In this document: positions 1 through 13,125 of the stretch, in pieces
Position numbering within the stretch: the stretch's first letter is position 1
Layout: every line of letters begins with the position of its first letter
Origin: Eledone cirrhosa
Taxonomy: Eukaryota
Direction of reading: 5' to 3'
Assembly: GCA_964016885.1 (NCBI GenBank)
Contig: OZ024751.1
Span: 18,848,001-18,912,000, forward strand
DNA length: 64,000 nucleotides
Program-made: the position numbers and the translations under genes
The notes under the pieces: generated by a model
Database searches by the model: none
Told to the model about the DNA's origin: nothing
What the model saw: the letters and a program-made list of their open reading frames with translations, nothing else

Positions 1-73
1 ACGGTGTCGATAAATTAAAGTACCAGTAATGCACTGGGTAATTGCTGGCCTTGTGTCTAAAGTAGAAACAATT
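1..73 (+). mobile_element. 3' part of tRNA-derived Deu/Nin-core SINE (family S1)
   Basis: gtcgataaattaaagtaccagtaatgcactgggtaattgctggccttgtg...gtagaaacaatt matches the 3' half of full copies at 29593 and 54137. Confidence 0.85.
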
Positions 74-79
74 ATATAC

Positions 80-113
<34 letters not shown>

Positions 114-117
<4 letters not shown>

Positions 118-201
118 AAGGTTAAACAAGGTTCAATGAATAAATCAAAGAATGAGTTTACACTTGATGACAAGAAGTTCTATTTTTGTTAATATTTTGA
201 A

Positions 202-208
<7 letters not shown>
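114..208. mobile_element. Ends-only remnant of hammerhead element family E
   Basis: Reverse complement of the 7780-7817 tail joined to gaagttctatttttgttaatatt of the 7700-7730 arm; flanked by (TA)n. Confidence 0.6.
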
Positions 209-245
<37 letters not shown>

Positions 246-719
246 TGTATATATTATATATAAATGTGTGTGCGTGTATTTGTTTGTCGCTCTCTCTTTC
301 TCCATCCCTCAAAATTTCTCTGTCACCCTCCTCTCCCCTCTCTCTCTGTCTCGAAGTTAACTTATTCCTTAGTTTTCTAGTTATGCCTAATGTCACCCTG
401 TTTGCCTAACTGTCACCCTCTTTGTCTAACTGTCACCTTCTTTGTCTAAATGTCACCTAGTGTAGCTTAAGATATCCTCCACGCCATTTTATTTTTTGTT
501 CATCACTTATTAATGGCGGATTTTCTACTCAGCGGAAGAAAGACTTTTCATTATTTTGTCCTTTAAAATCCATCCCAGTCCTGTGTATCCTGGAACCCAA
601 GATATGGCATTGTTTAAACCAGGTAGTCACACTAGACAATATAATAGACAGATGCTCCTATTGAAGCTTACCAAGAGATGATACTCGTGTACACACACAC
701 ACACGCACACACACACAGG

Positions 720-1035
720 CTCGTTGTTGTTGTTATGATTGTTCTGGTTATTCTCACTCATTCTGTTGTAGTTGTAGTTGATGCTGCTGCTACTGTTGTT
801 GTTGACTTTATTGTTGTTGTTGTTGATGTCGTTGTAGTTGATGATGCTGTTGTTGTTGTTGTTGTTGACTTTGTTGTTGCTGTTGTTGTTGACTTTATTG
901 TTGTTGTTGATGTCTTTGTTGTAGTTGATGATGTTGCTGCTGTTGTTGTTTTTGTTGACTTTGTTGTTGCTGATATCGTTGTTGTTGTTGACTTTGTTGT
1001 TGCTGATGTCGTTGTTGTTGCTGTTGTTGTTGTTT
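720..1035. repeat. (GTT)n-based degenerate triplet minisatellite
   Basis: Repeated gttgttgactttgttgttgctgatgtc units. Confidence 0.9.
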
Positions 1036-1368
1036 ATAGCTGCTTCGTCATGTCAGTGAAGGTTGTTCTTTAACCCCAGGTGAGGTCTACAGTCATATTT
1101 GCAATATGTCAATTTGGTCCAATTTGGTAAAGTGATGTTCTCATTTCTCTCTCTTTATCTATATATTTCTTTCTCTCAGTTCTCTCTCTCTCTTCCAGTG
1201 TCGCTGTTCCACTCCCCCTCTCCCTCTCTCTTTATCTCCCTTTATCTCTCTCCATTTCTCTCTATTGCTCTCCATTTCTTTCTCTTTCCATCTCTGGCCC
1301 TCTATGATTTTTCTCCCTCAATTTCTCCTCATCTCTCTCTCTCTCGCTTTTTCCATCTCCATTTCTCT

Positions 1369-1421
<53 letters not shown>

Positions 1422-1787
1422 CCTCTATTCCTCTCCCATCCCTTTCTTCTCTTAGTCTCTCTTCTTTCCTCTTTCCATCTCAAAGAATTCTTCTGTCAAC
1501 CAGTAAGACGTGTGAAGAGGACAAAAAGACAGCATTTGTTTTAGAGACTAAAAAACAGCCTGGATTAATTCATTGTTCGAGTGATCCGCCATTTTGTCAG
1601 AAGGAGAAGAAAGGATGAAAACAAGAAAAAAATTCCATTCGTGTTTAGTACTGCATATATTCGTACAGACATTTGTATTTGTGATGGTGACACTCAGACA
1701 GAAGCAAACATACACCCACACACACATATATATATATATATATGTGTATTATGTTTTTCTGTGTGTAAGTGTACATGTGTGTGTGTG

Positions 1788-1931
<144 letters not shown>

Positions 1932-2075
1932 CGGAGGCTCACCTATACTAGCATAGATACGTATATATTGTACTCTTGCATACGTGTAGGCATATATGTG
2001 TGTATATATATATATATATATTATGGAAATTCTCTCTGTTGCTACTCTGGTACAGGGGTTCACACTGGTCATATA

Positions 2076-2190
<115 letters not shown>

Positions 2191-2965
2191 TGGTGTGTGT
2201 GTGTGTGTGTGTGTGATAGAATCTGATTATCTCATCTTGATTTGTTTGCTTGTTATTTTCTTGTTGTAGTTGACTTTAAATTTTCCTTATACACAGAGTC
2301 ACAGAGGTATATTATCCAATGTTTCCTACATTTGCTAAGAAAATAACAGTGCAAGCACAGCTCTTACATCGTGATCACAGAAACGTTCCAATTCTGTCAG
2401 TGGACAGGTCGCAAAATGACCGACGAAAATTTTGACACCAAGCAATACATTTTCTTCTTCTTCGCCTACTATTTCATGGGAGTGTCATGATTGGCAGAAT
2501 CCTCAAACACTCTTTCCAACAGGTTCTGTCAGAAGCAACCGTCCCCAAATGATACACCTGGATCCCCAAGCGAGACCAAATGCTTTTTGCCCGTAAAATT
2601 TATGTATTTTCCAATGGCTAAAATAATTCTTCCACAGTGTAATTTTTTTAGCTTCAACACAGTCTTAGATCAACTCACGTACCAGATAAGTACAACTCTG
2701 AGATTCTAATAGTATAAAGTTGATTATTTTATTGTCAACAGCCATTATACTGTAGCCATACTTGATGATATGTGCTAGTTATTTGTAAAGAGGTCAAGTA
2801 GGCGGATAACTCTTTCGTTACCAATACGGCCAAAACCAAAAATCTTCCAACATATAAGAACCGTATGGTATGTTACTATCTTAGTAATGAAATAATAAAT
2901 AATTTCAGTAAGCCCTCAAAATTCTTCATTAGTTAGTTTAAATAGTGCGCATTTGATTAGAAATA

Positions 2966-3181
2966 CGAGGGTCAGCTGAAACGCTCATAGGCTGACTATG
3001 AAGGAGTAATGCTAGAGCTGTTAAATCTTACATGCATTAATTTCAACTCTTTTTATTTCAATAACTGCATTGTTTCTTTCCAGGGACTATGTTGGAGAAT
3101 AAACCTCATATGGTCATTCCATGAGAGTATCTTGGTCAGCCTATGAAATCTTCAACCTATGAAACTTTCAACCGAACCTCA
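2966..3181. mobile_element. Mariner-type MITE
   Basis: TA-cgagggtcagctgaaa...tttcaaccgaacctca-TA; imperfect TIRs and TA flanks. Confidence 0.65.
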
Positions 3182-3200
3182 TACAGTCACGAAATGGTTA

Positions 3201-3368
3201 CTGTATTTCCCGGCGTCGAAGACGCTACTTGTTTCCTAAAATAAGTCTCAAAACTCTACCATGTGCCTTGTAGGCCGAAGGTTGTTTATTATTTTTTTTC
3301 AAATTTTTGGTTGTCATAATTAGGGTGCGTCCTCGAGGACGAAGCGTCTTCGGCACCGGGAAATACGG
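3201..3368. mobile_element. pogo/Tigger-type MITE
   Basis: TIRs ctgtatttcccggcgtcgaagacgc / gcgtcttcggcaccgggaaatacgg with TA on both sides. Confidence 0.8.
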
Positions 3369-4105
3369 TAATTTCCATCGTTGGCACTAAAAAATAAAAC
3401 CAAAAACAAAAAACAAAAAACAAAAACAGGTGTGTGTACTTGTATGTGTATGAGTGGAAGGGTTACTTCGTTCTATTGATCCAAACTAACATTGATAACT
3501 TTATAGTTTTATGACAGAAAGTATATAAGAAGGCGATATGATCATCAAAAGAACTATCGATGTGGAATCGAACTTCGATCAAAATTGAGGAAAAACAAAG
3601 TAAGTCATCTAGATAATCAGTCAGATATACAAACACACGTGTAGAGAATGTCTGATAAAATACTTTCAAGAGAAACTAGCAACAGCAACATTTATCATCG
3701 CAACTACGTTATTATCACCACTACTTTCAACGCTATTACTACCACCAATAGTATCACCACCACTACTATCATCACAACTACTATTACCACTGCTAAAACC
3801 GCTATCACCAGCACCACTAGTATCACAACTGGTATCACGAACACCAGCATTACTACCACTACAAATACTATTAATATTACTATTAACAGGAAGAAACCAC
3901 AACAGTAAATTTACTGTGTTGTTTTATTTACAATTCTTTTCTCTGTTTCCATCTGCTGTTCAAAACGGTAGAAGCTTAACTGTAGGTCAGAGAATATTTA
4001 TAGCGATATCTACATTTCAGATTTCTAAGGTATATTGTACTATGTTGAGCAACGGTTTTACAGGGCTTAACAAGCAATATTTCATCGTTGTGTGTGTGTG
4101 TGTGT

Positions 4106-4160
<55 letters not shown>

Positions 4161-4164
4161 AATA

Positions 4165-4196
<32 letters not shown>

Positions 4197-4298
4197 CATA
4201 CACACACATATATATATATATATACATACATTTATATATATATATACATACATATATATTTTTACACACACACACACACAACGATGAAATATTGTTAG

Positions 4299-4464
<166 letters not shown>

Positions 4465-4515
4465 AATGTGTGAGTGTGAGTATATATATATATATAGTAT
4501 ATATGTGTGTGTATG

Positions 4516-4546
<31 letters not shown>

Positions 4547-4631
4547 ATGTGTATGTATATATATGTGTGTATGTATGTATATATATATATATATAGAGGG
4601 AGAGATTCATATATATAGATGTACGTAAACA

Positions 4632-4672
<41 letters not shown>

Positions 4673-4759
4673 CTGTGTGTACATGTTTGTATGTATTCGT
4701 TTCTATGTATGTTATGTATGTGTGTAAGTATATATGTATGTTAGTGTGTATAAACATAT

Positions 4760-4809
<50 letters not shown>

Positions 4810-4959
4810 ATAAATATATACGCAGACACGGTGTAAATTTAAGATTAATTTGAGCCATGCTTGTCGCAGCATCAAATCTCCACTCGTGTTGGCAGCCATT
4901 AATGCCTGTTGTCATTAGGTGTTAGTGTGTGTTTATGTGTGTATGTGTGTATGTGTGTG

Positions 4960-5965
4960 TGGTGGTTGCGGTGGTTGAAGTGGTGGTGGTGGTGGTGGTG
5001 ATGGTGATGGTGATGGTGCAGGTAGAGGGGGCGTCTGTGTCTACAAGCTAACTAGTGGTGACATTAATGGTAGAAGTAGTACAGAGTGTGTTGGTGAATC
5101 TAGATAACTATAGACGTGGTGGTGGGGATGGTGTTGGTGGTGGGTGGCGGTGGTGGTTGTGGTGGCACTGATGTTGGCGGTGGGTGGTGGTGGTGGTTGG
5201 TGGTGGTGGTGGTTGTGACGCTGATGTTGGTGGTTGGTGGTGGTGGTGGTTGTGGCGCTGATGTTGGTGGTTGGTGGTGGTGGTGGCGCTGATGTTGGTG
5301 GTTGGTGGTGGTGGTGGTTGTGGCGCTGATGTTGGTGGTTGGTGGTGGTGGTGGTTGTGGCGCTGATGTTGGTGGTGGCTGGTGGTGGTGGTTGTGGCGC
5401 TGATGTTGGTGGTTGTGGCGCTGATGTTGGTGGTGGGTGGTGGTGGTGGTTGTGGCGCTGATGTTGGTGGTGGGTGGTGGTGGTGGTTGTGGCGCTGATG
5501 TTGGTGGTTGGTGGTGGTGGTGGCTGGTGGTGGCGCTGATGTTGGTGGTGGCTGGTGGTGGTGGTGGTGGCGATGATGTTGGTGGTGGGTGCTGGTGCTT
5601 GTGGTGGCGCTGATGTTGGTGGCGGGTGGTGGTGGTGGCGCTGATGCTGCCGCTGATAGTGGTGGTGGTGGCGCTGATGCTGCCAGTAGTGGTGGCGGCG
5701 GCGTTGATTTTAAATGATGGCTACTGGTGGTGGTGCTGATGATGGTTGTGGTCATGGTGGTGGTGGTGGTGGTGGTGGTGGTGTTGTTGCTAGTGGTAGT
5801 GTTGGTGTTGTTGTTGTTGGTGGTGGTGATGTTGCTGGTGGTGTTGCTGGTGGTGGTGGTGCTGGTGGTGTTGTTGTTGTTACTGGTGGTGGTACTGGTG
5901 GTGCTGGTGGTGGTGGTGGTGGTGGCGGTGGTGGTGGTGGTGGTGGTGGTGCTGGTAATGGTGAT
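4960..5965. repeat. (GGT)n-based minisatellite with ~33-36 nt ggcgctgatgttggtggtt units
   Basis: Direct inspection; accounts for the Pro/Thr/His and Gly/Val pseudo-ORFs. Confidence 0.9.
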
Positions 5966-6065
5966 AGTATAGGTATATAGAGTAATGGGTGAAATGATGA
6001 TAATATCAGTTGTTTAAGATGGCGACTGAGAATATTATTGAAGTGGTCATGCAAAAACATTAGTA

Positions 6066-6230
6066 TTTGGCAGTATTGGTAGTGGGTCGGACGCCATGCT
6101 TTGACGCATAGAGTTACGGCCCTTGCCATTCTTAGTTCAAATCCCACCGAGGTTAACTTTGCCTTTCATCCTTACGGTGTCGATAAAATAAAGTACCAGT
6201 AATGTACTGGGTAGTAGTAGAAACAATTAT
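6066..6230 (+). mobile_element. SINE family S1
   Basis: A-box-like tggcagtattggtag, B-box-like gttcaaatccc, core gcctttcatccttacggtgtcgataaaataaagtacc. Confidence 0.85.
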
Positions 6231-6310
6231 TATTATTACAACTACTACTACTGTTGCTTCCACTACTACTAACACCATCATAATTATCTCCCTTCTCACT
6301 CTCCCTCTCT

Positions 6311-6380
<70 letters not shown>

Positions 6381-6481
6381 GCATATATATGTGTGTATGT
6401 ATTGATATATATATATATGTATATATATATATGTGTGTGTGTGTATATAGATATATATATATGTGTGTGTGTATGTTTCTA

Positions 6482-6515
<34 letters not shown>

Positions 6516-6519
6516 CTAT

Positions 6520-6800
6520 GTCAGGTCACCTACTGGTAACATGTATTCCAGTACAACATGTCCCATGGTCGGGTCGTTGGCGACTAAACTGGCAACCCCA
6601 CCAAGGTTTCTTGGTGAGGAGGGTGAGGAGGGTGACTTTGGACATCCTGCAGGACTAAAAACAAAACCTGTCAAAGGGCAAAGGAGCTCTGAAGAGTCAA
6701 TGCCCATCCAAAATCACCGGGAGAGATGACCCCTTAGCCTTTGTCAAGGCAGAATTCTAGGAGAAGGAAAACTCTGATATAACACCTGCAACCCTGATGG
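6520..6800 (+). mobile_element. Probable 5' UTR fragment of an RTE-clade LINE
   Basis: gggtcgttggcgactaaactggcaacccc and ctaggagaaggaaaactctga resemble RTE 5' UTR motifs (recalled, not searched). Confidence 0.45.
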
Positions 6801-7139
6801 TATCCAATGATGTTGATTTGTTCTTCTTTTTGGTAAATATCATCTTGGTTAAGGGAGTGGGACTGCTTTGTGCAGTGCCTTTGCTCACTATAAAAGCTTC
6901 ACGGCACAGGCATTGCTTTATATCTGGAGATCTCTCTGCACTTGTCGTCACATGGTACCATGAGCCCAGCACTATGTGTCAATAATTGTCACAAGTGTAG
7001 TGTTTGTACCAGAGTTTTCAAGTCGCTGGCTGGACTAAAAAGTCACACTCGTTCAGCCCATCGGTAGGGCTTCTTCTACATGGATATAAAGTAGTGGCCG
7101 TACTCGAAAACGAGTTGGCAGCCACCATATATATATATA

Positions 7140-7482
7140 TTGTTATACTTGGGAAGGGTCATGTTTTTGTCAAAAAGCAAGATGGTGTAGGTCAGAACAA
7201 AGGAGAGGCACAAAACAAAGAAAAGAATCCTCAGTCACTGAAGAATTCACAGAATGTGTGACGAAAGAACTTTGACAATATATGAACAACCGTCCGGTTG
7301 TGGAACCAACCAACCAACCAGAAATTTATAAATTTTAAAATTTATAATTTAATTTATAATAAATTGGAGTGAAGCAACTGGTGCGTGTGTTTCTTATTGG
7401 CAACATGACCCTCCCAAAGTATAACAATATCGGTTTCAACACATGTTTTCAGATAAAGAATCTTGCTAAACAAATTCAGAAA
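7140..7482 (+). mobile_element. Hammerhead element family B (short inverted arm + body + tail); HHR motif at 7234-7276
   Basis: Begins with the reverse complement of aacatgaccctcccaaagtataaca; body homologous to 17414, 38934, 56217, 62171; embedded in (TA)n. Confidence 0.8.
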
Positions 7483-7501
7483 TCATATATATATATATAT
7501 A

Positions 7502-7817
7502 TATTCATTCAAAATATTTATAAAAATAGAACTTCATTGTGGTCAATATATTTTATTATACATATTTCAGCGGTACTGAGCTAACTTCAACAGTACGTCC
7601 TCATCAGATAAAATAAGATGATGCATGACATACCCTGACATAGTAGATGGTTAAGATCCAGTCATGGTAGTGTATAATAAAATATACTTGATCACAATGA
7701 AGTTCTATTTTTGTTAATATTTGAATGAATATTAATAACTCCGGAAAACCACAACTGTTGAGTGCTTCCAATCTATTGTAAAACTAATTCTTTGATTTAT
7801 TCATCGAACCTTTAAAT
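7502..7817. mobile_element. Hammerhead element family E, asymmetric inverted repeat
   Basis: Arm 7502-7562 is inverted relative to 7671-7730, which continues into a tail; (TA)n on both sides. Confidence 0.75.
7549..7615 (-). ncRNA. Minimal type I hammerhead ribozyme motif (family E)
   Basis: UAUUUUAU-CUGAUGA-stem II (GUACUG/CAGUAC)-GAAA-UAUGUA-UA^AUAAAAUA; perfect 8 bp stem I. Confidence 0.8.
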
Positions 7818-8481
7818 ATATATATATATATTTATTTATATATATGTATACATATATGTATGTGTGTATATATATATATATGCGATTGCACGTGTATCTG
7901 CATGTACATACATATATAACCATATATGCTTACACGCACATGCTCAACACACACACACATACACACACACACATGCAAACAAACACACACACACACACAC
8001 ACACATGCAAACAAAAACAAACACAGACACATACAAACAAACAGAGGCACACACACACACAAACACAGACACATACAAACAAACACAGACACGTACATTT
8101 ACAAATAGAAGAATATAAATGACCAAACGTTCTCTAAATGAGATGTCTATCTCTGTAGCACGAAGACATGGGTAGGGGGAGGGGTGGGTTGAAGGGGTGG
8201 TGGGGGCAAGATGGCGGTCACAAGTGAAGACACGTTAAGTGAGCCATGGTATGTAATGTATAAACACCACTGGCTTTGTAAATAACACTTGTGCGTGTGT
8301 GTGGTCAATTGTCTAGACTGGCCGTCAAAGCGACTTTTATTGTGCGTGTGTATATATATATATGTGTGTCAGAACTATGTATCTGTGTGTGTTTATGTGT
8401 TTGTGTTTGTTCGGCAGCTTCTTTCTGAGTATATAAATCTATCATATGCATAAGTAGGTGTGTGTGTGTATGTGTATGTAT

Positions 8482-8512
<31 letters not shown>

Positions 8513-8572
8513 GTCTGTGTGTATGTGTGTGTATCTATATATATACATATATATAAATATATATGATGTGTG

Positions 8573-8621
<49 letters not shown>

Positions 8622-8936
8622 CTGTGTGTGTGTATATATTATATATATATATGTTGTGTATATATTATATATAAGATGTAACTGTAAAACTGCCTCTTGT
8701 GTTTTGTTTGTTTCATTTACTATCTCTCTCTATCTATTTATATATACACACACACCCATATATATATGTATTTGAAAATGGAAGTAAGGTTCTATACAAA
8801 ACAATGGTTATAGAGAAATAGCCCGGAAAATATATTTAAGGGTCTGGTTTCCTTTTTTCTTTTTTTTTCGTCAAAGTGACATTATTTTTAAAAAAAAGAA
8901 TTTTATAATGTATATAAAGTATATAAAGTATATAAA

Positions 8937-8982
8937 GTATTGCCGGTTTCGATGTAATAGTAAAATTCATCTTATCAAATGT
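8937..8982 (-). ncRNA. Degenerate hammerhead motif with UUGAUAA core
   Basis: UUGAUAA-GAUG...CAUC-GAAA-CCGG-CA; U16.1 mutated and stem I weak. Confidence 0.4.
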
Positions 8983-9084
8983 TGAGTATTACAATAAAAA
9001 AGAATTAATAAGGATTAAAAACTAAAAATTTAAGATTTAAAATCAAGTGTTGAGATAAGTTTTTGCATCTTGTTGAGAAGGAGA

Positions 9085-9447
<363 letters not shown>

Positions 9448-9483
9448 TTAAATGTATATATATATGCATATGTATATATGTAT

Positions 9484-9546
<63 letters not shown>

Positions 9547-9735
9547 GAGCGTGTGTGTCAAAACATTAACTGTATGAGTACTCAATGCATGTCAGGTGAA
9601 TATAAATTCTATCTTCAGAAGAAAACGGTTGCAGTGACTTCGACGTCTGTGGCTGTCACAAGATGCATTCGCTGGAACTTCGAAATCACTACCGTATATT
9701 TTTTCTTCAGAATATATATATATATATATATATAT

Positions 9736-10057
9736 AGGAACCAGTAAGACCCCGACAGCTGAGCTCAAGCCGTTTCGACGGCTAATTCTGGACTAAATGA
9801 AAATTTATCCTGGTATTTAAATAGCCGATCTTCTCAAGGGGTAATTCCATATATGGTCAAAGTGATTGTCAAAAATCAGTAGTAATTCTGTGGTTGCAAA
9901 TTAGTAGGGGAGATGGTGGCTAAACCTGCCAGTAGGAGAAAAAGGGGAGGGGGTGGAGTAGACCCAATCCTGCGTTGGTAGTGCCAGCTACAGCTGGGCA
10001 TGAGGTCAAAGAAGATACAGGGGAGGGGGACCTGGTTCCTTACCACATTCCCTTCGT

Positions 10058-10060
<3 letters not shown>
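9736..10060 (-). mobile_element. Longer family A copy with complete ribozyme and inverted tail end
   Basis: Family A arm extended by ~240 nt, then ggttccttaccacattcccttcgttat in the opposite orientation; (TA)n flanks. Confidence 0.75.
9749..9842 (-). ncRNA. Type I hammerhead motif with U3-A8 core (family A)
   Basis: ACCCC-UUGAGAA-GA(U)CGGCUA...UAGCCGUC-GAAAC-GGCU-ugagcuc-AGCU-GUC^GGGGU. Confidence 0.7.
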
Positions 10061-10087
<27 letters not shown>

Positions 10088-10088
<1 letters not shown>

Positions 10089-10442
10089 CTTCAACTCTTC
10101 AAGAAGCTGCCAAAAAATTTGAGAGATCTGCATGGTGTGGACGTGGATGTTTTCAAGAAATATCTTGACACCCTGCTATCCAAGATCCCGAATGAACCCA
10201 CAGCACGGTACGAAGGTAAACCAAGGGCAACAGCAACGAACTCCTTCTTACACCAGTGGCCAGCCAACACAGGTTGGAGATAGAATTTGTAGCAACAGGG
10301 GCGGTGCCGGAGCATGGCCTCAGTCGGATGGCTGGAACAGGTAAAAGAGTAAGAGTTTTTATATTTATATATATATATATATAAGGGCGGTGCCCCAGCA
10401 TGGCCTCAGCCGGATGGCTGAAGCAGGTAAAAGAGTAAAAGA

Positions 10443-10443
<1 letters not shown>
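10088..10443 (+). mobile_element. 3' end of a CR1/L2-group LINE (ORF2 C-terminus plus partly duplicated 3' UTR)
   Basis: LQLFKKLPKNLRDLHGVDVDVFKKYLDTLLSKIPNEP...RATATNSFLHQ; 3' UTR ggcggtgcc...ggtaaaagagtaa present twice. Confidence 0.75.
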
Positions 10444-10484
<41 letters not shown>

Positions 10485-10632
10485 AAACCGTCTCTCTTAT
10501 TTATTATACTAAATCTGCAGGTGAAACCTTAGACAGAAAAGCCAAGCAATACAAATCATTGAGTGGTTTACGTCTGTTTACAAAAGTGTCAGCAGATTAT
10601 TTGATCAACCAACTTTCATCACATGAATAAAA

Positions 10633-10691
<59 letters not shown>

Positions 10692-10818
10692 GTTTGCCGA
10701 ATTTGGAAGGTGGGTCGTGGTGTGTCAATTTAGCAGACGTCATATGTGCAGTTTTGAGTTCAATTTGGGTGTTTGATCAGCATTTTGTTCACTGATTGGA
10801 GCAATAGTAGTCTTATTT

Positions 10819-10855
<37 letters not shown>

Positions 10856-11212
10856 AGTGTGTGTGTGTGCGTGCATGTTCGTACGTACGTGTGTATGAAT
10901 GTATATATGTCTGTATGCATGTATGTATGTCAGTATATGTATATATGTATGAATGAATGAATGCGAACAGTGGGTGGGGTTGTGATTGTTGTCAGATGTC
11001 ACGTTATGGGTAGTAAGAATTAGCCATTGTCAAAGAAAGTGTCTTTGTATATTATTTACATAGCTATGTAGGTGTGTAGGTATGTATGCGTTTGTATACA
11101 TATACGTGTCCATGCATACCTATATTTTTATAATGCAGCGATATCTAATCATATAGATTCATAGACAAAGTTAAATATGTAGGTAAATAGACTGATATTT
11201 TGTGTGTTTGTC

Positions 11213-11261
<49 letters not shown>

Positions 11262-11263
<2 letters not shown>

Positions 11264-11545
11264 CACAACACAGAAAAAAGAGAATCAGTGTTGCGACGAA
11301 TGGAATTTATTGGACATATTACAATCGTTTATCTGCCGACTAGCTCGAGGCACGATCGATGTGATGATCGAACCTGACTCTGAAAGTCGCAAGGTCCTCA
11401 GACACGTCTTGATTCTAGGAAGCAGATTTTCCCATGTCCAATAAATTCTATTCATCGCAACACTGATTCTCCTTTTTCTCTAAGAGCATCGAGTGCTCAA
11501 ACGGCCTACCGCATACGGACGCTTTAAGCATCCAACACCAATTAT
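11262..11545. mobile_element. Hammerhead element family F; degenerate HHR at 11314-11407 (-)
   Basis: Arms 11272-11317 / 11434-11480 plus tail; minus strand ACGUGU-CUGAGGA-long stem II-(U)AAA-CGAUUG-UA^AUAUGU. Confidence 0.65.
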
Positions 11546-11561
11546 ATATATATATATATTT

Positions 11562-11730
11562 ATTAAAATAACATATTAAAGTTTAAGCAAAGAGTCGCTG
11601 CTTTCACCTTTAACGGGATCTTCTCTTATTTTAATAAATATTTGCTCTACGGTTCTTATATATTTGATATATATTTATCCTTATCAAGCCCTCTTTGGAT
11701 TTTAGTCTTCAAATTTATTATTATTACTAC
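11562..11730. mobile_element. TA-embedded element family J (second copy inverted at 39466-39628)
   Basis: Shared ggtgaaagcagcga..ctttgcttaaactttaat and gaagactaaaatcc..agagggct segments. Confidence 0.6.
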
Positions 11731-11734
11731 ATGT

Positions 11735-11830
<96 letters not shown>

Positions 11831-11844
11831 ATGTATCTAAAAAA

Positions 11845-12045
11845 GTCTAAAGTCTGTCTTAAGCCAGAAGGCTCATTTGGCCGGTGCTTATCCCGGTTTC
11901 ATGGCATGAAGCGACTGAGAATACCAGACTTCCCCCTAGATAGGACGCCAGTCTATCGCAGGATTAAACCCCCATTTTCAGCTGAGTATACTGGAGCAAA
12001 GTGAAATGAAGTGTTTTGCTCAAGAACACAACACGGAACCCAATC
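11845..12045 (-). mobile_element. SINE family S2 fragment
   Basis: cagctgagtatactggagcaa..gtgaaatgaagtgttttgctcaagaacacaac; homologous to 16020-16270 and 31027-31170. Confidence 0.7.
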
Positions 12046-12053
12046 CATGTATG

Positions 12054-12087
<34 letters not shown>

Positions 12088-12091
<4 letters not shown>

Positions 12092-12312
12092 AGAAAGTAT
12101 GACCCCGACGGCAGAGCTCAAACCGTTTCGACGGCTATTTCTGGACTAAAAAAGTCTTCTGGACTAAAAAAAAGTCCAGAAATAGCCGTCGAGACGGCTT
12201 GAGCTCTGCCGTCGGCGTCGTACTTTCTCCTATTACCCACTCTACTACCCTAAGTATTGAGTACCCTGGAGCGTTATGGTCCATCTGGTTCCTTACCACA
12301 ACTCCTCCGTTA
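12088..12312. mobile_element. Family A inverted-repeat element
   Basis: Short arm, loop with duplicated ctggactaaaaaaag, long arm plus tail. Confidence 0.85.
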
Positions 12313-12316
12313 TATA

Positions 12317-12354
<38 letters not shown>

Positions 12355-12368
12355 GTAAAGACTGAAAA

Positions 12369-12553
12369 ATAATTGTTTCTACTTTAGGCACAAGGCCAGC
12401 AATTACTCGGTGTATTACTGGTACTTTATTTTATCGACCCCGTAAGGATGAAAGGCAAAGTCAACCTCGGCGGGATTTGAACTCAGATCGTAAAGGGACG
12501 TAACTATGCTAGAAAGCTTGGCGTCCGACCCTCTACTGATACTGCCAATCCAC
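12369..12553 (-). mobile_element. SINE family S1, near full length
   Basis: Reverse complement of the 29593-29780 copy. Confidence 0.9.
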
Positions 12554-12673
12554 GAAAAATAATGAGAGATATCAACGAGTAGATTAACTGATAGATAGTT
12601 AGATAAACAGAAAGGTAGATAGGTAGAGAGAGTGAGAGATAGAGAGATAAATAGACAGACTGACAGACAGACA

Positions 12674-12719
<46 letters not shown>

Positions 12720-12770
12720 TATATACATACATACATACATACATACATACAGGGAGAGAGAGAGAGAGAC

Positions 12771-12801
<31 letters not shown>

Positions 12802-12984
12802 CATACATACATACATACATACATACATACATACAGAGAGAGAGAGAGAGACATATATATATATATACATACATATATATACATATACATACATACATAC
12901 ATACAGAGAGAGAGAGAGAGAGACATATATATATATATACATACATACATATATATACATATACATACATACATACATACATAC

Positions 12985-13015
<31 letters not shown>

Positions 13016-13086
13016 GACATATATATATATATACATACATATATATACACATACATACATACATACATACATACATACAATCATAC

Positions 13087-13125
<39 letters not shown>

